64,000 bases of DNA from the NCBI RefSeq assembly GCF_964355755.1, contig NC_092675.1, forward strand, positions 19,378,912-19,442,911, read 5' to 3'. Source of the stretch: Antedon mediterranea. Its lineage: Eukaryota; Animalia; Echinodermata. Position numbers and translations under genes: made by a program. Below are positions 55,601-64,000 of the stretch, one piece after another. Below the pieces are notes generated by a model that ran no database searches, had not been told where the DNA came from, and saw only the letters and a list, made by a program, of their open reading frames with translations. Within the stretch, counting starts at the first letter, position 1; each line of letters begins with the position of its first letter.

Positions 55601-58600
55601 ACAATAGGCCTAAATAAAAATAGAAATCTTCCCGTGCCGGGAATCGAACCCGGGCCGCGTGGGTGAAAACCACGAATCCTAACCACTAGACCACACGGGA
55701 TATAGCATATGTATGGAGCATACTCTGGATAGACTGTACATTAATTTGAAGTTGTGTTTAACTAATAGACAGTAGGCCTACAGTATACAATAGTCCTAAA
55801 TAAAAATAGAAATCTTCCCGTGCCGGGAATCGAACCCGGGCCGCGTGGGTGAAAACCACAAATCCTAACCACTAGACCACACGGGATATAGCATGCATAG
55901 AGAGCATACCGTGGATAGACTGTAAATTAATATGAGGTGTATTTAACTAATAGACAGTACAGTATACAATAGGCCTAAATAAAAATAGAAATCTTCCCGT
56001 GCCGGGAATCGAACCCGGGCCGCGTGGGTGAAAACCACGAATCCTAACCACTAGACCACACGGGATATAGCATATGCATGGAGCATACTGTGGATAGACT
56101 GTACATTAATATGAAGTTGTATTTAACTAATAGATAGTACAGTATACAATAGGCCTAAATAAAAATTGAAATCTTCCCGTGCCGGGAATCGAACCCGGGC
56201 CGCGTGGGTGAAAACCACGAACCCTAACCACTAGACCACACGGGATATAGCATATGCATGGAGCATACTCTGGATAGACTGTACATTAATTTGAAGTTGT
56301 ATTTAACTAATAGACAGTACAGTATACAATAGGCCTAAATAAAAATAGAAACCTTCCCGTGCCGGGAATCGAACCCGGGCCGCGTGGGTGAAAACCACGA
56401 ATCCTAACCACTAGACCACACGGGATATAGCATGCATAGAGCATACCGTGGATAGACTGTAAATTAATATGAGGTGTATTTAACTAATAGACAGTACAGT
56501 ATACAATAGGCCTAAATAAAAATAGAAATCTTCCCGTGCCGGGAATCGAACCCGGGCCGCGTGGGTGAAAACCACGAATCCTAACCACTAGACCACACGG
56601 GATATAGCATATGCATGGAGCATACTGTGGATAGACTGTACATTAATATGAAGTTGTATTTAACTAATAGATAGTACAGTATACAATAGGCCTAAATAAA
56701 AATTGAAATCTTCCCGTGCCGGGAATCGAACCCGGGCCGCGTGGGTGAAAACCACGAATCCTAACCACTAGACCACACGGGATATAGCATATGCATGGAG
56801 CATACTCTGGATAGACTGTACATTAATTTGAAGTTGTATTTAACTAATAGACAGTACAGTATACAATAGGCCTAAATAAAAATAGAAATCTTCCCGGGCC
56901 GGGAATCGAACCCGGGCCGCGTGTGTGAAAACCACGAATCCTAACCACTAGACCACACGGGATATAGCATATGCATGGAGCATACCGTGGATAGACTGTA
57001 AATTAATATGAGGTGTATTTAAATAATAGATAGTACAGTATACAATAGGCCTAAATAAAAATAGAAAGCTTCCCGTGCCGGGAATCGAACCCGGGCCGCG
57101 TGGGTGAAAACCACGAATCCTAACCACTAGACCACACGGGATATAGCATATGTATGGAGCATACTCTGGATAGACTGTACATTAATTTGAAGTTGTGTTT
57201 AACTAATAGACAGTACAGTATACAATAGGCCTAAATAAAAATAGAAATCTTCCCGTGCCGGGAATCGAACCCGGGCCGCGTGGGTGAAAACCACGAATCC
57301 TAACCACTAGACCACACGGGATATAGCATATGCATGGAGCATACTTTGCATAGACTGTACATTAATTTGAAGTTGTATTTAACTAATAGACAGTACAGTA
57401 TACAATAGGCCTAAATAAAAATAGAAATCTTCCCGTGCCGCGTGGGTGAAAACCACGAATCCTAACCACTAGACCACACGGGATATAGCATATGCATGGA
57501 GCATACTGTGGATAGACTGTACATTAATATGAAGTTGTATTTAACTAATAGATAGTATACAATAGGCCTAAATAGAAATTGAAATCTTCCCGTGCCGGGA
57601 ATCGAACCCGGGCCGCGTGGGTGAAAACCACGAACCCTAACCACTAGACCACACGGGATATAGCATATGCATGGAGCATACTCTGGATAGACTGTACATT
57701 AATTTGAAGTTGTATTTAACTAATAGACAGTACAGTATACAATAGGCCTAAATAAAAATAGAAATCTTCCCGGGCCGGGAATCGAACCCGGGCCGCGTGT
57801 GTGAAAACCACGAATCCTAACCACTAGACCACACGGGATATAGCACATGCATGGAGCATACTGTGGATAGACTGTACATTAATATGAAGTTGTGTTTAAC
57901 TAATAGATAGTACAGTATACAATAGGCCGAGATAAAAATAGAAATCTTCCTGTGCCGCGTGGGTGAAAACCACAAATCCTAACCACTAGACCACACGGGA
58001 TATAGCATATGCATGGAGCATACTGTGAATAGACTGTACATTAATATGAAGTTGTGTTTAACTAATAGATAGTACAGTATACAATAGGCCTAAATAAAAA
58101 TAGAAATCTTCCCGTGCCGGCAATCGAACCCGGGCCGCGTGGGTGAAAACCACGAATCCTAACCACTAGACCACACGGGATATAGCATATGCATGGAGCA
58201 TACCGTGGATAGACTGTAAATTAATATGAGGTGTATTTAACTAATAGACAGTACAGTATACAATAGGCCTAAATAAAAATAGAAATCTTCCCGTGCCGGG
58301 AATCGAACCCGGGCCGCGTGGGTGAAAACCACGAATCCTAACCACTAGACCACACGGGATATAGCATATGCATGGAGCATACTGTGGATAGACTGTACAT
58401 TAATATGAAGTTGTATTTAACTAATAGATAGTACAGTATACAATAGGCCTAAATAAAAATTGAAATCTTCCCGTGCCGGGAATCGAACCCGGGCCGCGTG
58501 GGTGAAAACCACGAACCCTAACCACTAGACCACACGGGATATAGCATATGCATGGAGCATACTCTAGATAGACTGTACATTAATTTGAAGTTGTATTTAA

Positions 58601-60718
58601 CTAATAGACAGTACAGTATACAATAGGCCTAAATAAAAATAGAAACCTTCCCGTGCCAGGAATCGAACCCGGGCCGCGTGGGTGAAAACCACGAATCCTA
58701 ACCACTAGACCACACGGGATATAGCATGCATAGAGCATACCGTGGATAGACTGTAAATTAATATGAGGTGTATTTAACTAATAGACAGTACAGTATACAA
58801 TAGGCCTAAATAAAAATAGAAATCTTCCCGTGCCGGGAATCGAACCCGGGCCGCGTGGGTGAAAACCACGAATCCTAACCACTAGACCACACGGGATATA
58901 GCATATGCATGGAGCATACTGTGAATAGACTGTACATTAATATGAAGTTGTATTTAACTAATAGATAGTACAGTATACAATAGGCCTAAATAAAAATTGA
59001 AATCTTCCCGTGCCGGGAATCGAACCCGGGCCGCGTGGGTGAAAACCACGAATCCTAACCACTAGACCACACGGGATATAGCATATGCATGGAGCATACT
59101 CTGCATAGACTGTACATTAATTTGAAGTTGTATTTAACTAATAGACAGTACAGTATACAATAGGCCTAAATAAAAATAGAAACCTTCCCGTGCCGGGAAT
59201 CGAACCCGGGCCGCGTGGGTGAAAACCACGAATCCTAACCACTAGACCACACGGGATATAGAATTCATGGAGCATACCGTGGATAGACTGTAAATTAATA
59301 TGAGGTGTATTTAACTAATAGACAGTACAGTATACAATAGGCCTAAATAAAAATAGAAATCTTCCCGTGCCGGGAATCGAACCCGGGCCGCGTGGGTGAA
59401 AACCACGAATCCTAACCACTAGACCACACGGGATATAGCATATGCATGGAGCATACCGTGTATAGACTGTAAATTAATATGAGGTGTATTTAACTAATAG
59501 ATAGTACAGTATACAATAGGCCTAAATAAAAATAGAAATCTTCCCGTGCCGGGAATCGAACCCGGGCCACGTGGGTGAAAACCACGAATCCTAACCACTA
59601 GACCACACGGGATATAGCATAGTATGGAGCATACTCTGCATAGACTGTACATTAATTTGAAGTTGTGTTTAACTAATAGACAGTAGGCCTACAGTATACA
59701 ATAGGCCTAAATAAAAATAGAAATCTTCCCGTGCCGGGAATCGAACCCGGGCCGCGTGGGTGAAAACCACGAATCCTAACCACTAGACCACACGGGATAT
59801 AGCATATGCATGGAGCATACTCTGCATAGACTGTATAGATAGTACAGTATACAATGGGCCTAATTAAAAATATAAGTCTTTCCGTGCCGGGAATCGAACC
59901 CGGGCCGCGTGGGTAAAAATCACGGATCCTAACCACTATACCACCACACGTGATAGGCCATATACATGGAACATACATTGAATAGACTGTTCATTAATAT
60001 GCAGTTGTATTTAATTAATAGATAGTACAGTATACAATAGGCCTAAATAAAAATATCGAACCCGGGCCGCGTGGGTGAAAACCACGAATCCTAACCACTA
60101 GACCACACGGGATATAGCATAAGCATGGAACATACAGTGCATAGACTGTACATTAATATGAAGTTGTGTTTAACTAATAGATAGTACAGTATACAATAGG
60201 CGGAGATAAAAACATAAGTCTTTCCGTGCCGGGAATCGAACCCGGGCCGCGTGGGTGAAAACCAGGAATCCTAACCACTAGACCACACGGGATATAGCAT
60301 ATGCATGGAACATTCAATATAGAATGTACATTAATATGAAGTTGTATTCGATTGATAGCTAGCAGGCCGAGATATAAATAGAAACCTTTCCGTGCCGGGA
60401 ATCGAACCCTGAAAACAGGAAGGTATTACCTCCCTGCTAAAAAAGTGCGTAGACATTAATTTAAGGTGTTTTTTGTATGTAATTTAGGATGATTTAGATA
60501 AAGAAGATCATTATCTGCTTGGAAAAACAGACAACTTAATTGAGATGGCGCAGGCACTTCATGACGCGCACGTAGCAAGTCCTGAGAGTTTTTCATCACC
60601 CGTAGCGTCATCAACTCCCGTCTCTAGTGGAAACAGTTCATCACAGCCAACATGGTCGTGTACACTATCAAACGGAAGTTACGTAACAGAGTCGGTGCCC
60701 ACAGTAAACACAACGTAA
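49627..60718 (+). CDS. Putative small two-exon gene (112 aa, unknown function) whose intron holds the tRNA array
   Basis: Exon 1 49627-49734 MTESGSRYSSSPSKRRSSKSKPNKGKTSTKDLLQRL ends at GTAAGT. Exon 2 60488-60718 follows TTTTTGTATGTAATTTAG and reads DDLDKEDHYLLGKTDNLIEMAQALHDAHVASPESFSSP...VNTT*. The phase 0/0 join is open. No homolog recognised. Confidence 0.5.
50322..50393 (-). tRNA. tRNA-Glu(TTC), representative intact copy
   Basis: 72-nt consensus copy with all stems paired and anticodon TTC. Confidence 0.95.
50508..50579 (-). tRNA. tRNA-Glu body with TTT (Lys) anticodon, probably pseudogene
   Basis: Plus strand GGGTAAAAACC replaces GGGTGAAAACC. It also has an A5:C68 acceptor mismatch and a disrupted T-run terminator. 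Confidence 0.7.
51114..51222 (+). mobile_element. 109-bp 3' end of an L2-type LINE/SINE inserted in a tRNA spacer
   Basis: GCGCCTTGAGCAC..GTGCTATAAAAATC + (ATT)n tail, with 7-bp TSD TATGCAT at 51107-51113 and 51223-51229. Sister units show the empty site. Confidence 0.85.
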
Positions 60719-61662
60719 AAGACTGGACACGATTGCAGCATTGTATGGCAATAACTGTAACGGTTTCGCACCGCCCAGGCCTACCTGATGGATTACAGAA
60801 ATAATTGCGATCATGATATGCTTACTTCAGGAGGAGTATATTACAACAATGTAATATAGGTGGAGTTTTTTCGCCATCGAGCAACCCCTTGTGTATCGTT
60901 TTAAATGTAATATATTAATTTGCATGGGAAAGAAGATTATACGAATATTAACTGTTAAACTAAAAAGTTTTCTTGTACATAATGAACGAACAAATTCTTT
61001 ATAATAGTATATTCTAATACAAAATCTATGCAAGAGACATATTTTGAATTACCAACTATCAAAAATGAAAATAATAACTTTATTGTGTATTTTTATTGCA
61101 TTTCTTTGAATTTTCTGTGAAAATCGTTCTGTACGTTATATATTGTTTTGTGTGCTGAGTTAGTATCTAAGTTTATGCTTATATTTAATGTCATAATGTG
61201 TTCTTTGTAGAACTTAAATATTGTAAACAATACTGTGCTATCATCATATTATGTCTAATGTAATATTTCATGTGATTCTTAAACAAAGCAATATTTTATT
61301 TATTTTGTTGGTGCAATTTAATAATAGAGAATATATCTATCTATCTAATGTTTATTTTGTTTAAGTCATTTTCAACAAATAAAATACAACGAACAATTAT
61401 TTTGATATGCCTAATTTAAAAGGAACAAATGTACGTTTCGTTTTTATATAGATTTACTTATGATTCGTACAGACTTGAAAAATAAGCTTTGAAATTGGCT
61501 TAATATGGTTTATTAATAAATTTAGAAAAACTTTTTTCTGATACCCAATGCAATGTTATTTCACTTTACCGTTTGAATGCTTTTACCTGGTTTCATTCAT
61601 CCTAGTAATCGATAGAGAATGTTACTTTCAGTGTTTTTCCTGCATATTTTACGTTACGCTAC

Positions 61663-61870
61663 AGCTTGGTTCCCACTAGCGACGCAACGTAAGAAAATGT
61701 TTTTCCGATTGTGTTTTTCCCCGCCTGCGTGAAATCAAACCTGTAATATTTTCAGCATTGATGCGTCGTCGGTTCCCACTTGTGATTACGTAATATAACA
61801 CTTTGCGTCAATACGCCGTAACGTTCCGTAACGTTGTATGTAACGTTGTATCGCAAGTGGGAACCATGCT
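61663..61870. mobile_element. MITE, same type as 40083-40262
   Basis: AGCTTGGTTCCCACTAGCGACGCAACGTAAGAAAATG..CCCCGCCTGCGTGAAATCAAACCT..AGTGGGAACCATGCT. Confidence 0.8.
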
Positions 61871-62517
61871 TAACGACTGGACAACCGTTTACGTAATATA
61901 ACCGATAACAATAAAAAGCAACAACGAAGAATGTAGGCGGCCAGATAGTCAGATGAAACATCTTACATCATTACGCAGTAACACCGGTAAGTTACATCAT
62001 GGAAATATATACCTCCATTATTACATTGTCATTGATAAATTAACTCCTGTTCTGTGGGTGAAATATCACTATTGGTGAAGTATAATGTTAAAAGTAATGC
62101 TAGGCTAGATAGCCGATCAGATCATAAAGCCTGTTGGGGGTGTGATCTACACAGTGCTTTCAATGTATTGTTTCGGCTATTCGGGGCTACGTGAACAGGT
62201 TAAACACATCTTAGCTTATTAGTCGGGCTTTTGGTGATCCAATGGGAGCGTACAACTATACCATCATTGGACATTTTCTTCAGTTATTTGGAATAATGGA
62301 ATGCAAGTATAAAATGGGTGATTTTATATGATAAACTATATATATATTTACGTGAATGTAGAGATAGTAAAGATCCAACTGTATCTGGACGATTGTGTTT
62401 GTGTTCGCACTGAGAAAAATATATTTAAACACAATAGGCATAGAAATTAATTGTAAACCGCCGCCCGGTGATATACTGAAATTTAATTAATTAATGAGGA
62501 AATTTGTGAGAATGAGA

Positions 62518-62568
62518 AAATTCGCCCAACAGAGATTCGAACCCGGACCTTCTGCTTGATATACAACT
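62518..62568 (-). mobile_element. tRNA-derived fragment (B box), likely SINE remnant
   Basis: Minus strand AAGCAGAAGGTCCGGGTTCGAATCTCTGTTGGGCG; no A box or cloverleaf. Confidence 0.4.
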
Positions 62569-62688
62569 AGAATCATCCATTCAAAATACCATTTGACTGA
62601 AACATACATTTATTCAATGAGATATTTTGTTTAGGTCTACGCATAGTTGTGACAATGAAGTTCACTATAATTCTCTGGTCGGTAACGG

Positions 62689-63029
62689 GACGATTCGGCC
62701 CTGAGACGATTCGGCCCTGAGACGATTCGGCCCTGAGACGATTCTGCCCTGAGACGATTCTGCCCTAAGACGATTCTGCCCTAAGACGATTCTGCCCTAA
62801 GACGATTCTGTCCTAAGACGATTCTGTCCTAAGACGATTCTGCCCTAAGACGATTCTGCCCTAAGACGATTCTGCCCTAAGACGATTCTGCCCTAAGACG
62901 ATTCTGCCCTAAGACGATTCGGCCCTAAGACGATTCGGCCCTAAGACGATTCGGCCCGGGACGTTTCGGCCCGGGACGTTTCGGCCCGGGACGATTCGTC
63001 CCTGAGACGATTCGTCCCTGAGACGATTC
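62689..63029. repeat. 16-bp minisatellite GACGATTC(G/T)GCCCT(G/A)A, ~21 copies
   Basis: Period 16 (62705, 62721, 62737...), with three 15-bp variants (GGGACGTTTCGGCCC type) near 62958-63000. Confidence 0.95.
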
Positions 63030-64000
63030 AGCACACTTAAATTTATCGGCTTTGATATGCATTTTATAAGCATAAAATAAGCTTTTTCCCCCAAACTTTA
63101 TTTTCAGAGAGACGATAGGGTAGTACTACTAGGAATAAAGATGCAATAAAGCAAACATTTTGAAAACATTGTCGAAAATGATCTACTCAAGGCAATCAAA
63201 CAACTGGTCTCCTTTACGCGAAAATTATTAGCCTTGTTCATCCCCCATAGAGCGCCCTCTCTTTCGTCACACATTTCGGTTGTCTTGCGCTTGTCATCCG
63301 TTCGATGTATTATTCCCTTTTTTCGCAAGTTTTCCTCCTGAAACAGTTGTTTTTTCAAGGGACAGATCTTCTTCTTCTAATTATTTTTATATTTTAGTTC
63401 ATTTAGGCGTAGTTTTGAAGTTTTTGTAAATATGCATTATAAATACTGTGACATACTGTTACAAAATAAAGACACTGTGTGTTAAACAAGACTAAAATAA
63501 TCGGTGAAACATGAGTCAAATGTAAACTAATCGGTCGATATTTAACAATTTATTAATACAAATACATGAAAAATGTCTATATTATATAGATGTACAGAAA
63601 TGTATATATGTGTATTAACGTCCTTAAATCAACTTAACTGTCGGTCTAATAAAAATTATAAGTGAAGTGCTCAGAAACTCATCGAAATACTTAAATAAAA
63701 AGTACAGAGGACGTGCTATTGTTGAGCCCATATAGAAGCTACAGATATAGCTCAAGATTTGTGTGACGTCACCAATATATTGATTTTACTGAAAATCATG
63801 GTATGTTGGTAGCATAATATAGCTGTTCCAGACGATTGCTTAACACTTGTAGACTTTATCATGCAAATTTTGCAAGTAATTGTTGTTATAATATATAATG
63901 ATAACATATATTTATTTTACTGGCCATTTTCATAAGGGGAAAACCACCCACCGTAGCCTGTAGGATATACCCGCTCTCCCCCACCCCCCCTCCTAAACAC

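Larger units (their letters stand above)
49975..60410 (-). tRNA. Tandem array of ~58 tRNA-Glu(TTC) units (177-186 bp typical), most with intact consensus gene
   Basis: The minus-strand unit TCCCGTGTGGTCTAGTGGTTAGGATTCGTGGTTTTCACCCACGCGGCCCGGGTTCGATTCCCGGCACGGGAA folds to a full cloverleaf (acceptor TCCCGTG/CACGGGA, anticodon arm CGTGG-TT TTC AC-CCACG, T arm CCGGG-TTCGATT-CCCGG). It has A and B boxes and a T5 terminator ~9 nt downstream. Confidence 0.96.

Noticed and set aside
57462-59978. ORFs inside the tRNA array (VRIRGFHPRGPGSIPGTGR)
   Set aside because: Translations of the tRNA unit, open only where indels removed stops.
49975-60410. CRISPR-like repeat/spacer array
   Set aside because: Spacers are near-identical to each other, the repeat is a full tRNA, and the DNA is eukaryotic with no cas genes.
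62689-63029. CRISPR array or coding ORF (62909-63094)
   Set aside because: Units are contiguous with no unique spacers; the ORF is a translation of the repeat.

Overview
AT-rich, intron-containing animal DNA. A Deu-domain SINE and the gene set suggest an invertebrate deuterostome, possibly an echinoderm (inference). Three conserved multi-exon genes are present: a TMEM145-like GOST-family 7TM gene (+, 5582-9479), STPG2 (-, 21183-27756) and CHERP (+, 28367-39101), the last two head-to-head. There are many repeats: Harbinger-type MITEs, Helentron/DINE-like elements, a DeuSINE, CR1/L2 LINE fragments and minisatellites. A frameshifted two-exon kinase lies at 45015-47847. A ~10.4 kb tandem array of ~58 tRNA-Glu(TTC) units (~180 bp each, - strand) appears to fill the intron of a small unannotated + strand gene. 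The most unusual signal is a set of 'TA-x-TA' micro-insertions (TA-GGC-TA, TA-GCC-TA, TA-GGCC-TA, TA-CAG-TA). They are demonstrably present or absent between sister repeat copies and pile up into tracts (up to ~1.1 kb) just downstream of first exons. They look like accumulated DNA-transposon excision footprints. All coordinates and counts were read by eye; no searches were run.
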